From positions 160,001 through 224,000 of the forward strand of contig CAVWUU010000003.1 in NCBI GenBank assembly GCA_963758295.1: 64,000 nt of DNA. Direction: 5' to 3'. Under the pieces are notes generated by a model. The model made no database searches, had not been told where the DNA came from, and saw only the letters and a list, made by a program, of their open reading frames with translations. The stretch is from Candidatus Eremiobacteria bacterium. Lineage in GTDB: Bacteria; Vulcanimicrobiota; Vulcanimicrobiia; Vulcanimicrobiales; Vulcanimicrobiaceae. The position numbers and the translations under genes are program-made. This document shows, piece after piece, positions 1 through 10,903 of the stretch (the first letter of the stretch is position 1; every line of letters starts with the position of its first letter).

Positions 1-2
1 AG

Positions 3-218
3 AATCTCTTCGCTGCGCTAGGCGCGGCGAACTCGAGCTGCGGCGCAACGGCGAACAAGTGCGGCGACTCAACCACCGGGACCGCCTTTACGGGTGCGAC
101 CGCCGGTTCAACGTCCTTTACGGCAACCATCGGCGGCGCGACGTTTCAGCTGGTCCCGTCGGGAGTTACAGGCGGTACGTCGCAAGGAACGATTACGTTC
201 GCCGTAGTTATTAAGTAG
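3..218 (+). CDS. 3' end of a Gly/Thr/Ser-rich, probably secreted protein (partial, runs off the window start)
   Basis: Frame 3 is open from the window edge: NLFAALGAANSSCGATANKCGDSTTGTAFTG...GTITFAVVIK*, with TAG at 216-218, 7 nt before the next ATG. Confidence 0.6.
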   Translation, partial: NLFAALGAANSSCGATANKCGDSTTGTAFTGATAGSTSFTATIGGATFQLVPSGVTGGTSQGTITFAVVIK

Positions 219-225
219 CGTATTC

Positions 226-1494
226 ATGCTACAAACTGACGTGGCCGTCATCGGCGCAGGCGCGGCCGGTCTCGCGGCAGCGCGACGCCTGCGCGATCGC
301 GGCCTCAATGTGTTGGTGCTCGAGGGACGCGATCGCATCGGCGGTCGCGCATATACCCTTGCTTCGCACGACGGATCGCAGCCGATCGAACTGGGCGCCG
401 AGTTCATTCACGGAACGCCCGAATCGACGTTTGGGTTATTGCGCGAAAGCGGCGAGAGCGCGATTGATGAAGCGCCGCATTCCATGCTCGTCCGTGATGG
501 AACGGATCGGCCCGCGCCGGACATATGGGAAACCACCGAACGCCTTCTGGCGCGCGTCGACGTGCATGAGCCTGACACCACCATCGACCAATTCCTCGAA
601 ACCGTTCCCCCGTCCGAAGCGACGCTTCAGGACCGCGACGCGGTGCGCACGCTGGTCGAAGGATTCGATGCGGCGATCACCAGCGAGGCAAGCACGATCG
701 CCATTGCGCAGGAGTGGCGGGGCGACCAAAACGGATCGCAGTTTCGCCCGATGAACGGATATGCGCCGCTGATGGAATATCTCGCGCGCATTGTCAATGC
801 GCAAACGATGTTACGTGCATGGGTGCGCGAAGTCGAGTGGCGCCGAGGCGACGTCCGCATTCGCGGAACGCGCTATGGCCAAAATTTTGAAGTTCGCGCG
901 AAGCGGGTCGTCGTTACGCTACCGATCGGCGTGTTCCATAGCGGCAGCGTCAAGTTCGACCCGGTGCTACCTTCCGCAACGCAAACAGCCATCGATGCGA
1001 TTGCCATGGGGCCCGTAATCAAGGTCGTCCTCGACTTTCGCACGCCGTTTTGGGAGAAGGTCGAAGGTGGACGGTACCGGGACGTCGCGTTCTTCCAGGC
1101 GCCGGATTGCCAATTTCGTACCTTATGGACGCGATTACCGCAACGGACGCCGTTGCTTGTCGCATGGGCCGGTGGCGGCGCGGTACGGCGCTTGCTGGCA
1201 CGGCAAATCGATCCGATCTACGGAGCCATGCAAACGTGTCAAACGCTCTTTCCGTCGGTAGACGTGCACGCCGAGTTGCGCAACGCGTACTTTCACGACT
1301 GGCAGGCCGACCCGTTCTCCTGTGGGGCGTATAGCTTCTTGCGGGTTAACGGCGGCGATGCGCGAGCGGCATTTAGCATACCCGTCGAAGACACGTTGTT
1401 TTTCGCGGGCGAAGCGACGTCGGCCGACGAGACGGGCACCGTTGCGGGCGCCCTTGAGAGCGGCTTCCGCGCGGCGGCCGAAATTCTCGCATAA
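226..1494 (+). CDS. Flavin monoamine oxidase family FAD-dependent oxidoreductase
   Basis: N-terminal GAGAAG...LEGRDRIGGR dinucleotide-binding motif, ELGAEFIHG, and C-terminal FFAGEAT...GALESG. Confidence 0.9.
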   Translation: MLQTDVAVIGAGAAGLAAARRLRDRGLNVLVLEGRDRIGGRAYTLASHDGSQPIELGAEFIHGTPESTFGLLRESGESAIDEAPHSMLVRDGTDRPAPDIWETTERLLARVDVHEPDTTIDQFLETVPPSEATLQDRDAVRTLVEGFDAAITSEASTIAIAQEWRGDQNGSQFRPMNGYAPLMEYLARIVNAQTMLRAWVREVEWRRGDVRIRGTRYGQNFEVRAKRVVVTLPIGVFHSGSVKFDPVLPSATQTAIDAIAMGPVIKVVLDFRTPFWEKVEGGRYRDVAFFQAPDCQFRTLWTRLPQRTPLLVAWAGGGAVRRLLARQIDPIYGAMQTCQTLFPSVDVHAELRNAYFHDWQADPFSCGAYSFLRVNGGDARAAFSIPVEDTLFFAGEATSADETGTVAGALESGFRAAAEILA

Positions 1495-2038
1495 CTACTT
1501 CTGGTCGTCCTTGCTCTCGAGCTGTTCCAGCGCTAGATACGTAACGACGTCCCACGCGTTGTGAATACCCATGAAAATCAGCGCCACGTCGGTCGCCGCC
1601 ACGCCGAAGAGCGTCTGTTCCGGAAAACTCTCTAACAACGCACCCCACACGATTAGAGAGAAATAGACGATCAATGGGAGTAGTGCGTACCAGACCCAAT
1701 CTTCGGCGTCCGGCTCGTATGCGGTTTGCAGCCGGGTGCGACGAACCAGCCTCAAGACGTAAAGAAATCCCACGATCCCCTCGAGGGCGAGGAGGGCACC
1801 GGCATGCATAAGCGCGTGCCAGGGCGCGGTGAGCCCGGTCGACGAGGAATGCTGCGCAAAAATGCACGATGGTAGGCGTAGTGAAGGTTCCGATTCCCTC
1901 CCGCGAGGGCCGCGTGTTCATGGAAGTGATGAGCGTAACGACGACAAAAACCAGGCCGGTTAGCGCGGCGGAAGAAGAACCGGCGATTACGTAAAAATTT
2001 GACCACGGCGCGAAGTAGGCAGACGCCGCGTCGTGCAT
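1495..2038 (-). CDS. Multi-pass membrane protein of unknown function (frameshifted near 1830-1850)
   Basis: MHDAASAYFAPWSNFYVIAGSSSAALTGLVFVVVTL... in one frame continues as the hydrophobic ORF 1495-1809 (...IHNAWDVVTY). Confidence 0.7.
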
Positions 2039-2049
2039 CGCTTTCCTTG

Positions 2050-2829
2050 CTAGACCTGGGCGCCGTAGTGGGTTTTTGCGCGCTCGAGAATTGCGGCGGC
2101 GTGGCCCGGAAGATGGCTGCGCAGCCAAAGAATAAGCGACTCGGCGTGGGGCACGGTTCCCCATTCCGCGGGGTGATTGGCCTTTATTACCGGTCTTAGC
2201 CACTCGGCGCGATCGCCCAACACTTCGTCCAGCGCACGGTTCAACGCGAGCGCCAGCCGGTTCGCGTCTTCATCGGAAATAAGGTACTCGTGCGAGCGCA
2301 TGATGCGGTCGATCGACGACGAGCTAAAATCGGAGGTGAACACGTCGATGGGATAACCGCAAAAGAGCTTAAATGGTTTGGCAAGCTGCAGCTCACTCCA
2401 AAGCCTTTCCAGCTCGGCGGCAGCATCGTATTTGCGCTCTTGCCACAACTCACCGACCATTTCGCCGTACGCGCGCACGGGCTTCCCCCTGCGGAAGCGG
2501 CGTCGATCGCACCGCCGATCAATCCGAAAAACTTCGTTTCATTTACGCTATCGTTGTCTAGAAAGCGCGCGAGCGTTTCGTGTACGTCTAAGAAGCGAAT
2601 GCGGTGGTCCCTGAGCAACGCCTGCAGACCCAGCCCTGCGTCGGTAATCCGGCGGTAGAAGGCATCGCGATGAGCCGGAGTCGCGATGACTACGAGCCGA
2701 TTCGCCGGCGTACAAGCCGTCGATGATAAACGCGCCGACGTTCTCCGCCAGCGTTCCGGTGCCCGCGCCGTAGAATGCAACAACGTGGTGGTGGCCGCGA
2801 AGCCGGCTGGGTTCACCCGGAGCGCTCAT
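2050..2829 (-). CDS. MEDS (DcmR sensory) domain protein (two frameshifts)
   Basis: HHVVAFY...GAFIIDGL, then LVVIATPAHR...RFLD, then VRAYGEMVGELW...ELERLW...LFCGYP, spread over three consecutive frames. Confidence 0.75.
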
Positions 2830-2970
2830 CCCCGGCCATTTATTTGCGTCGGCCGCCCGGTCCTTGATACACAGCAGGTGCCCGGTGGCTGGCAACCTTG
2901 CCGAACAATAGTTTTAAATCTTGCGCGCTCGCCCTTGCTTGTGTAGTGTCAGCGAAGGACAGGAGCGACG

Positions 2971-3714
2971 ATGAACGAGCAAGTCGTATTGTTGACCGGC
3001 GGATCGCGCGGTATTGGTTCGGCAACCGTTCGTGCGCTTCACGCACAGGGCGCGAGCGTGCTGTTTACTTATACCTCCCGCGCGGACGAAGCTTTTGCGC
3101 TGCGCGAGGAGCTGGGCGATAGCGTCGCAACCGTTGCGTGTGATTTAGCCGATTCCGCATCGCTTCCACTTGTCGTGGAGGCTTGCGTGGAGCGCTTCGG
3201 CCGGCTGGACGTGTTGATCAATAACGGCGCCGTTTTCGAACACAATCCATTTTTTGGCGCAAGCTACGAAGCGTGGCAACGCGGCTGGGCGCGAACCTTT
3301 TCCATCAATCTGTTTGGAACGGCAAATTTAACTTGGCTCGCGCTTCAGCGCATGCGCGAGCAGCGTTACGGCAAGATTATCAACGTGGCATCGCGTTCCG
3401 CACATCGCGGCGAGCTTGAGTTTGCCGACTACGGTGCCAGCAAAGCGGCGCTGGTGAATCTGACGAAATCCATCGCGAGGTCGTGCGCGCCGGATGGCAT
3501 CGTCGCAATTGCGGTCGCCCCGGGTTTTATCGAAACGGAGATGGCTGCGGAAGAACTGGAGAATCGCCGGAGCGAGATCGAAGGCGAAATCCCCGCACGC
3601 CGAGTGGGCACGGCGGAAGAAGTCGCCTCCATTATCGCCTTCTTCGCAAGCCGGGCCGGCGATTACGCTAATGGCGCGACCATCGACGTTAACGGCGGCA
3701 GCTACGTTCGTTAG
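2971..3714 (+). CDS. Short-chain dehydrogenase/reductase
   Basis: TGGSRGIG, NNGA, YGASK catalytic motif, APGFIET. Confidence 0.92.
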   Translation: MNEQVVLLTGGSRGIGSATVRALHAQGASVLFTYTSRADEAFALREELGDSVATVACDLADSASLPLVVEACVERFGRLDVLINNGAVFEHNPFFGASYEAWQRGWARTFSINLFGTANLTWLALQRMREQRYGKIINVASRSAHRGELEFADYGASKAALVNLTKSIARSCAPDGIVAIAVAPGFIETEMAAEELENRRSEIEGEIPARRVGTAEEVASIIAFFASRAGDYANGATIDVNGGSYVR

Positions 3715-4070
3715 CGAGGCTCGAGCAAGCCGAGCCGTTCCAATCGGCGCACGATCGCGCCGCGGCTGCGTTCGAATTCCTTAATCAGCGTTGCTACGGA
3801 CGCGCCCTCGCGATAACGATCCCCAAGGCGCGATGTCTCGTCGTCGTTCCACGGTGCGTACGCTTTCGCAAAGCGGCGCTTGATTTCGGATTTGTCGACG
3901 CGTACCGCGGGACGAAAGGCCTTCGGGTTTTCTTTGAAAGCGGCGAGCCGTCCACGTACGTGCTGAAGGACGTGCTGCTCCACGCTTTCCATCGTTTGCG
4001 CACCTTCTGGTAATGCGTCCCAGACGCTCGCGATAGTGTGATCGATGAGGAGTTGCGGTTCAATTGCCAT
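3711..4070 (-). CDS. Small hypothetical protein with a C-terminal HTH/Myb-like motif
   Basis: AYAPWNDDETSRL...SVATLIKEFERSRGAIVRRLERLGL. Confidence 0.6.
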   Translation of the reverse strand: MAIEPQLLIDHTIASVWDALPEGAQTMESVEQHVLQHVRGRLAAFKENPKAFRPAVRVDKSEIKRRFAKAYAPWNDDETSRLGDRYREGASVATLIKEFERSRGAIVRRLERLGLLEPR

Positions 4071-4180
4071 TGCGCAATGCATTACCGCTTTCCGGGGCCT
4101 CGTCTAGAGTGTGCGCTTGCTTCGCATCTTCACCGTTTCAGCGTCTTGAGTCGCAACGGCAGCGCCGCACGCGGGCGTAA

Positions 4181-5384
4181 AATGGCGACAATGACATCGT
4201 CCGGGTACCGCGGGATTCGAACTACCGCCGGCGGCATGGCCGCGTTAATCGCAGCAATGTCGGTATCGCGCTTCGTCTACACGCCGATTCTGCCCGTGAT
4301 GATCGGACAACACGCCGTCGACCATCGGCTCGGCGCATTGCTCGCATCGGTGAATCTGCTGGGCTACTTGGCCGGCGCGATTGCTGCAGGATCGCCTTGG
4401 ATCCGCGCCCGGCGGCTGCCTGTACTCTGCTGGTCGTTGCTCATTGTCGTCCTGACGCTAGGGGCAATGGTGGTTCCCCACGCGACGGTGTTTTGGCTTA
4501 CCGCGCGTTTTCTCGCGGGCGCTGCCAGTGCGTTTGCTTTCGTTGCCGCTTCGAGTCTCGTGTTGGACTTTCGAAACGCCTCTTACGCCACCGCGCTTTT
4601 TTCATCCGTGGGCCTGGGCATTGCGCTGACCGGAATAATGATCCCGATAGTATACGCGTTCTTCCCGTTTTGGAATACGGGCTGGATAGCGTCTACCGTT
4701 TTAGCCGCGATGCTTGCGATCGTTACCGTGGTGACTGCGCGAGAACCGTCGTCTTCGCAGCGTGCCGTTACCGCGGGCGACGGACGAAGCCGGCTCACGG
4801 CCTCGATGCTTGTGGCATACATGGCCTACGGCGTCGCAGGTTTTGCCTACGTGATCCCCGCGACGTTCTTGGTTACGATCGTCGCGGAGACCGGAACTCT
4901 TCACGGATTTGCGCCACTCACGTGGATCGTCGTCGGGCTGGTGTCTGCGTTCACGACGTTCCTATGGGGGCCGCTTTCAGAGCGAATCGGGAAAGGGCCG
5001 TCCCTTGCGCTCTCGTTGGTATTACTCGCGGTTTCGTGTGCGGCGCCGGCGTTCGGAAGCGGCGCATTTCCGCCGCTGTGTGCGGCGTTTTGCCTGGGCG
5101 CGTCTTTCATGGCGATCTCGATGTTCACCGTACGGATCGTTGCCGAATTGGATCCGAAACAGAATGTACGCCGAATCGGTGAAGCGACGGCCGTCTTCAG
5201 CGTTGGACAGGTCTTGGGGCCCGTTGCTGCCGCATTTAGCTACGACCGGTACGGCTCGTACTCGGCGGCATTCGTCGTTGCGTCGTTGTTGGTACTGCTT
5301 GCCGCGGCCGCTATCGCGATCGCCTTTGGCCGCAATTCTTCTCGAGGTTTCAATGCCGTACAAGAGCAAAATCCCGTTTCTTGA
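4181..5384 (+). CDS. MFS transporter (YbfB/YjiJ-like)
   Basis: SRFVYTPILPVM, LASVNLLGYLAG, YVIPATF, GQVLGP; about 12 hydrophobic segments. Confidence 0.85.
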
Positions 5385-6462
5385 AAGCGCGATCGTCCTG
5401 GCGCCTATCGCAGGCCCCGGCACGCCCGAATTAACAGCGGCCGCCGCTAATGCCGGTGCGTTCGCCTTTCTTCCATGCGCGTATAGCGACGGCGCCCGGA
5501 TGAGACGGGACATCGAAAAAGTTCGGGAGCTGACGAGCCGGCCTTTTGGCGTAAATCTGTTCGTCGAAGGTGCATTACCGGACGTCGACCCGCAAGCGTT
5601 AGAGGCAGCGAATCGCCGCCTGAATCGGTACCGGCATGAACTGGGCATCGCCGAGGTTCAGCAGCCCGCCCGTCCGCCGGAAAACTACGAGCAGCAAATC
5701 GAAGTGCTGCTCGAGGCGCGGCCGCGGGCGTTTAGTTTCGTGTTCGGGATTCCGTCGGCCGGCGTGCTTGCAACGTGTCGCGATGCCGGCATCTATACGA
5801 TTGGGACGGCGACGAGCGTTGAAGAAGCCTTGGCTTTAGAAGCGGCCGGAGTCGATGCGATTTGCGCGCAAGGCGCAGAGGCAGGCGGACACCGCGGGTG
5901 GTTTTTGACCGAAAAAGCTTTGCCGCTGATCGGAACGCTTTCGCTTGTGCCGCTGATCGTCGATGCGGTGCAAATCCCGGTCATTGCTTCCGGCGGTATC
6001 GGGGATGGGCGCGGAATCGCTGCAGTTCTGACACTTGGGGCGGAAGCAGCGCAACTGGGAACGGCGTTTCTTCTGGCGCGCGAAGCGGCCACCCCGGCCG
6101 CGTACCGACGCGCTTTGGCCGAGCGCTCCAGCAGCGAAACGGTGATAACCAAGGCGTTTTCGGGAAGGCCCGCGCGCGCAATTGCCAACCGCATGACGGT
6201 CGAACTCGCAGACGGGAAAGACATTGCGCCGTTTCCGTTTCAGAATGCAATCACGCGTGAGGTACGGAATGCGGCCGCAGCACAAGAACGCGCGGAATTT
6301 CTTTCGCTCTGGGCCGGGCAGGCGTTTCCGCTAATCCGTGAAGAGCCGGCAGCGGCGACCGTGAGCCGGCTATTGGAAGAAACCGGGGAAGCGTTGAAGC
6401 GCGCCGTGCATCGCGATCGATTATTCGAAAACATTCAGGATGGCGTGGTTCCTCCGCGATGA
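5353..6462 (+). CDS. Nitronate monooxygenase family flavoprotein
   Basis: RPFGVNLF, QGAEAGGHRG, IASGGIGDGRG, AQLGTAFL, LWAGQA. Confidence 0.9.
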   Translation: MPYKSKIPFLESAIVLAPIAGPGTPELTAAAANAGAFAFLPCAYSDGARMRRDIEKVRELTSRPFGVNLFVEGALPDVDPQALEAANRRLNRYRHELGIAEVQQPARPPENYEQQIEVLLEARPRAFSFVFGIPSAGVLATCRDAGIYTIGTATSVEEALALEAAGVDAICAQGAEAGGHRGWFLTEKALPLIGTLSLVPLIVDAVQIPVIASGGIGDGRGIAAVLTLGAEAAQLGTAFLLAREAATPAAYRRALAERSSSETVITKAFSGRPARAIANRMTVELADGKDIAPFPFQNAITREVRNAAAAQERAEFLSLWAGQAFPLIREEPAAATVSRLLEETGEALKRAVHRDRLFENIQDGVVPPR

Positions 6463-6504
6463 GATTCGTGAAGTAACGCATGGCATGTTGCTTGGCAAAG
6501 CGTA

Positions 6505-6709
6505 GTGTTCGGCAGAGCGGCTTTGCATTTCGCGCTCGAAACGCAACGTAGAAAGGGCGGTCGCGTTTTATCAGGACGTGTTCAATCTCGAAAAGCTCGA
6601 CGAAGGCGACCTCCAGGTGGTCGATCTTCACGACGAATCGATGGTCTGGCTCTTACCGTATCAAGAGGTGCAGAAGGCCGGTATCGCCTTCGCAAATGAA
6701 CGCGACTGA
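6505..6709 (+). CDS. Short VOC/glyoxalase-like protein or fragment (frameshift near 6543)
   Basis: VFGRAALHFALET followed in the next frame by RNVERAVAFYQDVFNLEKLDEGDLQVVDL...ERD*, which resembles a glyoxalase N-terminus. Confidence 0.45.
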
Positions 6710-6713
6710 ATAT

Positions 6714-7559
6714 CTAGAGTGAGGCGACGCGTTCTGCCGTGCCTGCCGCGCGCGTCGAAAGCTCCGGCACGCCGAGTCGTTCGCAGACCGCCGCGAATTC
6801 GGCGGTTGGGCCCTGCCACTGCAACTCGTCGACGCTCTCGAAGAGCTTCGCATCGGTGCGGAGCGTTGCAAGGTTCTTAAACAATAAGGCGAGGGCGCGG
6901 CGTTCTCCCAGCACTTCCGACGGAAAATCCTCAATTTTGCCATACTGCGAAAGCATCGACTGCGCCCCTTTCGGACCGATGCCCTTGATGCCGGGATATC
7001 CGTCGGCTGTGTCTCCGACGAGTGCCAGATAGTCAGGGATGAGTTGCGGAATCACTCCGAATTTCGACTGCACGCCTGCGGCATTGCGAACTACGCTGCT
7101 CCGCCGATCTACTTGAACGATACGATCCCCGCGCACGCACTGTGAGAGATCTTTGTCCGGCGTCCAAATGCAGACTTTTTGAACGCGCGGATCGTGCGAT
7201 GAAATAGCGGCTGCCGAGGCTAGCGCATCGTCAGCTTCGAGTTCGACCATGGCCCATACCATGACGCCCATCGCTCCCAACGCATCCTCGAGTGGCTCGA
7301 ATTGTGCTCTAAGCGCCGGGTCGATGCCCTCGCCCGTTTTATATCCGTCCCAGAGCTGGTTGCGAAAAGACTCGATAACGTGATCGGTAGCAACGCCAAC
7401 GTGCGTGGCGCCGTCGCCAACCATTTGCAAAACGGTATTGAGCACGCCGGCGACGGCGCCGAAGCGAGTGATCTTCCCACTCTTGGCGGCGCCGTAAAAA
7501 TGCCGGAATAGCTCGTACGTTCCGTCGATCAGATGGACGATCACAGACGTGGAGTTCAC
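6714..7559 (-). CDS. Standalone 5'-3' exonuclease / flap endonuclease
   Basis: LIDGTYELFR, EADDALA, TPDKDL, LVGDTADGYPGIKGIGPK (H3TH motif). Confidence 0.9.
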   Translation of the reverse strand: MNSTSVIVHLIDGTYELFRHFYGAAKSGKITRFGAVAGVLNTVLQMVGDGATHVGVATDHVIESFRNQLWDGYKTGEGIDPALRAQFEPLEDALGAMGVMVWAMVELEADDALASAAAISSHDPRVQKVCIWTPDKDLSQCVRGDRIVQVDRRSSVVRNAAGVQSKFGVIPQLIPDYLALVGDTADGYPGIKGIGPKGAQSMLSQYGKIEDFPSEVLGERRALALLFKNLATLRTDAKLFESVDELQWQGPTAEFAAVCERLGVPELSTRAAGTAERVASL

Positions 7560-7637
7560 TGCGGTCCCCCGAGCGCCTTCGGAGAAGGCTTACGGGAGCG
7601 GTTGCTCGCAAAATAGCGCACGCCGCGCGGGCAATTC

Positions 7638-8600
7638 CTAGTGCGAAGGGCCTTGGAGTTGCGTAAGAAGCGCTTGTGCTTCGGTTGCGCCGTTGTCGTC
7701 ATTATCAATTCGATAATGGCGCAGCGCGCTCGTCGCATCATCAACAGCCTTTTCGTGATTCCCTAACGCCGCTTGAATGCGTGCTCGCGCGATGTATCCG
7801 TCGCCGTCGTCCTCGTTCTTCGCGATGTACGCGTTGATGTCGGCGAGCGCTTCGCCGTTGCGCCCAAGAGCCGCGCGCGTTAGCGAGCGCCAATAGAGGC
7901 TGTCGCCGTCACCGGCGTCCTGCGCCAGAACCGCCGAAAACTGCGCGTCCGCTTTCTGCCACTGCTGTTGCTGAAACGCAGCGCGGCCGCCGAAAAACTG
8001 CGCTTGCTCGTTCTCGGAATCCAACGCGAGCGCCTTATCGCAATCCGCGGCGGCGTTCGTGAATAGTTTCTGAGCGTTGAAGAGGCGGCATCGAACGCTG
8101 TAGTTGTAACTTTCGGTCGGGTCTGCTTGAACCGCCGCGTTCAAATCGGTAAGCGCTTTGTCGAATTGTTTTCTGTCGATGTAAGCATCGCCGCGCCACC
8201 GAAGCGCATAAGCGTAATGCGGCTTGAGGCCAATCGCCTTCGTGCAGTCGGCAACCGCGTCGTCGAAAGCCGAGAGCAAGGTACGCGATTGGCAGCGTGA
8301 GGCATAGGCGTAGGCGTAATCCGGGTTGATGGCAATCGCGCTCGAATAGTCTGTAACCGCTTCGAGATTCTTGTCGAGGCCCTGATACGCATCGCCGCGA
8401 TCCGCGAGCGCTCTCGCGTCTTTCGGGTGACTTGCAAGATAGACGTTTAGGACGTTGAGGGATTCTTGATTCTTGCCGTCTTTATAGAGTTGCTCCGCTT
8501 TTTCCACTTGCGGATCGAGGTCGGCCGCAAATAGGCGTTGCGACACGAGGGACGAAACCGAAAAGAAAAGTGCGGCAACAATAAGGATATTGCGCTTCAT
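7638..8600 (-). CDS. Secreted tetratricopeptide-repeat protein
   Basis: Signal peptide MKRNILIVAALFFSVSS..., followed by repeated TPR units (AYASRC...AVADCTKAIGLKP). Confidence 0.85.
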   Translation of the reverse strand: MKRNILIVAALFFSVSSLVSQRLFAADLDPQVEKAEQLYKDGKNQESLNVLNVYLASHPKDARALADRGDAYQGLDKNLEAVTDYSSAIAINPDYAYAYASRCQSRTLLSAFDDAVADCTKAIGLKPHYAYALRWRGDAYIDRKQFDKALTDLNAAVQADPTESYNYSVRCRLFNAQKLFTNAAADCDKALALDSENEQAQFFGGRAAFQQQQWQKADAQFSAVLAQDAGDGDSLYWRSLTRAALGRNGEALADINAYIAKNEDDGDGYIARARIQAALGNHEKAVDDATSALRHYRIDNDDNGATEAQALLTQLQGPSH

Positions 8601-8890
8601 GGCCGCGGCGCTTTCGTGAGCGCCAAATAGAGCCCTGTCCTGGTGGTACTTAAGAATCACTAATGAAAGGGACTCCGGTCGCGGGTCAGTCCCGCGCAGA
8701 CGCTTGGCGGCTCGTCCCGGAACCGACCGATGGTAACGAGAAAGCGAAAATGGCCATAGCCGCGAATCAGGCATAACGCGATAACTGCTACGTCTGTCGC
8801 AAGGAACATCGGTGCAAACGGCCATTATCGCGTTTCATTGCTGAATAAGCCGCTGCAGGGCTGCCCAAAAGGTCCTATCGTTAGCTGGTT

Positions 8891-10366
8891 ATGCCTCAGA
8901 CTCTAGCCGACATCGTTCTCGTAGGCGGCGGCATTATGTCTGCCACCCTCGCCGCGCTGCTAAAGGAAGTGCAGCCGGATATGACGCTCGAGATTTTCGA
9001 AATGCTCGATGCGCCCGCGCAAGAGAGTTCCAACGCCTGGAACAACGCCGGCACGGGACATGCCGCGCTCTGCGAACTGAACTACACACCGCAGAACCTG
9101 ACGGCAGCGTCGCCATCGACCGCGCGTTGACGGTCAACACGCAATTCGACTTGTCGCGGCAGTTCTGGTCGTCCATGGTGCGCAAGGGCGCGCTGGCGAG
9201 CCGGAGTCGTTTATTCACGACGTTCCGCACATCAGCTTTGTGTGGGGCGACGACAACGTAGCGTTCTTGCGCAAGCGATACGAGGCCATGAGTGCACACC
9301 ACTGCTTCAAGGGCATGGAGTACAGCGAAGATTCCGCGGTGCTTTCGCAGTGGATGCCGCTGGTAATGGAAGGTCGAGACCCTCAGCGAGAAAGTTGCGG
9401 CGACGCGCATGGCGACCGGCACGGACGTCGACTTCGGCTCGGTGACGCGTCAACTCATGGGTTACGTGGGTAATCAACCCGGCGCAAAGATTTCATACGC
9501 GACAACCGTTACGGATTTGAAACGCGCAGATGACGGCCGCTGGCGAGTAACGGTAAAGACACGAAGAGCGGTGCAACACGGAAAGTTTATGGCAAAGACG
9601 GTATTTCTCGGTGCCGGCGGCGGCGCGCTAACGCTGCTTCAAAAATCCGGCGTTCCGGAAGGGAAAGGCATTGGCGGGTTTCCCGTGAGCGGCATTTTCC
9701 TGCGCTGCGCGGATCCCGAAATCGCTTCGCGCCATAATGGCAAAGTTTACGGCAAAGCGTCGGTCGGCGCTCCGCCGATGTCGGTTCCGCATTTGGATTC
9801 GCGCTACATCGACGGTAAGAAGTCGCTGCTGTTCGGGCCATACGCGGGCTTCTCGACGAAGTTCCTTAAGAACGGTTCGCTGGGCGATCTCTTTTCGTCG
9901 ATAAAGGGCGACAACCTCAAGTCCATGCTCGCCGTCGGTCGCGATAACATGGCTCTGACGAAGTACCTCATCGGCGAAGTGCTCAAGTCCAAGGACAGCA
10001 AGTACGAAGCGCTGCGCGAGTACTTCCCGGATGCGGATCCGTCGCAATGGGATTTCATCGTTGCGGGTCAACGCGTTCAAGTCATCATGCCGGACGACAA
10101 AAAAGGCGGCAAGCTGGAGTTCGGCACGAAGGTCGTTCGCCGACGGTTCGCTCGCGGCCGTACTTGGTGCTTCGCCCGGCGCATCGGTCGCCGTTTCCGT
10201 CGTCCTCGACGTGCTTGGCAAATTGTACGGGAACGAAATGCCGGGCTGGGAAAGCAAGCTACGCGAAGTGATTCCGTCGTACGGGAAGTCGATTGCGAAT
10301 GATGCAGAACTTTGCCGCACCGTACGAGCCGATACGTCGGCGACGCTTCACCTCACGAACGTGTAA
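8891..10366 (+). CDS. mqo: Malate:quinone oxidoreductase (several frameshifts)
   Basis: [59 protein letters not shown], distributed over successive frames. Confidence 0.92.
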
Positions 10367-10387
10367 CCCCAGCGGGAAATAAAGAAG

Positions 10388-10418
10388 AAGCGCCGGCAGC
10401 GATTTGCTGCCGGCGCTT
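10388..10418. terminator. Probable intrinsic terminator hairpin after mqo
   Basis: AAGCGCCGGCAGC-GATTT-GCTGCCGGCGCTT is a perfect 13-bp stem with an A-rich left flank and T-rich right flank. Confidence 0.7.
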
Positions 10419-10669
10419 TCGTTTAGACCCTCACGAGAGGCTAGTCGCAGCAGCCGCCGCCGTTCATGTAGGAGTGGACGCTATAAAACGTCGGGTTCCC
10501 GGACGTCGCACTGCCTGCCGGAAGCGCGACCGTCACCGTTTCAGACGGCCGAGAAGGTTACGGTTTGCGCGCACAGTTGATGAAGCGATGTCACCCGCGG
10601 CGAAGTTGCCGGCATTGATTCGGTCCAACCGGAATGAGGTTATTGAGTTCAGCAACTTGCTTGAATGAG

Positions 10670-10703
10670 AAAAAAGAGACCGCGAACGGATCGCGATCTC
10701 TTT
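10670..10703 (-). terminator. Intrinsic terminator downstream of the tRNA pair
   Basis: AAAGAGAcCGCGA-ACGGA-TCGCGaTCTCTTT stem; the A-run at 10670-10675 gives a U-tract on the minus strand. Confidence 0.65.
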
Positions 10704-10710
10704 CTACGCT

Positions 10711-10783
10711 TAGCCCCAGCGGGATTCGAACCCGCGTTACTGCCGTGAGAGGGCAGCGTCCTAGGCCTCTAGACGATAGGGCC
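10711..10783 (-). tRNA. tRNA-Glu (anticodon CTC), CCA not encoded
   Basis: GGCCCTATCGTCTAGAGGCCTAGGACGCTGCCCTCTCACGGCAGTAACGCGGGTTCGAATCCCGCTGGGGCTA folds as a cloverleaf with a TTCGAAT T-loop. Confidence 0.95.
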
Positions 10784-10784
10784 A

Positions 10785-10858
10785 TGGCTCCCGGTCATGG
10801 ACTCGAACCACGATAAGCAGAGTCAGAGTCTGCTGTCCTACCATTAGACGAACCGGGA
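10785..10858 (-). tRNA. tRNA-Gln (anticodon CTG), CCA encoded
   Basis: TCCCGGTTCGTCTAATGGTAGGACAGCAGACTCTGACTCTGCTTATCGTGGTTCGAGTCCATGACCGGGAGCCA folds as a cloverleaf. Confidence 0.95.
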
Positions 10859-10873
10859 ATGGCGACGGTGGCT

Positions 10874-10903
10874 ATACTACACGACAGGCGGCTATTCTTG
10901 CAA
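10874..10903 (-). promoter_or_regulatory. Putative sigma70-type promoter of the tRNA pair
   Basis: Minus strand reads TTGCAA-N18-TAGTAT, ending 15 nt upstream of tRNA-Gln. Confidence 0.5.

Noticed and set aside
8610..8880. ncRNA or small membrane ORF in the TPR-mqo intergenic region
   Set aside because: Only short stems and a possible ~49-codon minus-strand ORF with no recognisable motif. The ORF-track extension of the TPR gene to 8825 is unlikely given the signal peptide at 8600.
10441..10560. Minus-strand fragment ...ETVTVALPAGSATSGNPTFYSVHSYMNGGGCCD* downstream of the tRNAs, as a gene or integration scar
   Set aside because: It looks protein-like but is short and bounded by an in-frame stop, with no convincing start, no att duplication and no integrase. 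It cannot be supported without a homology search.
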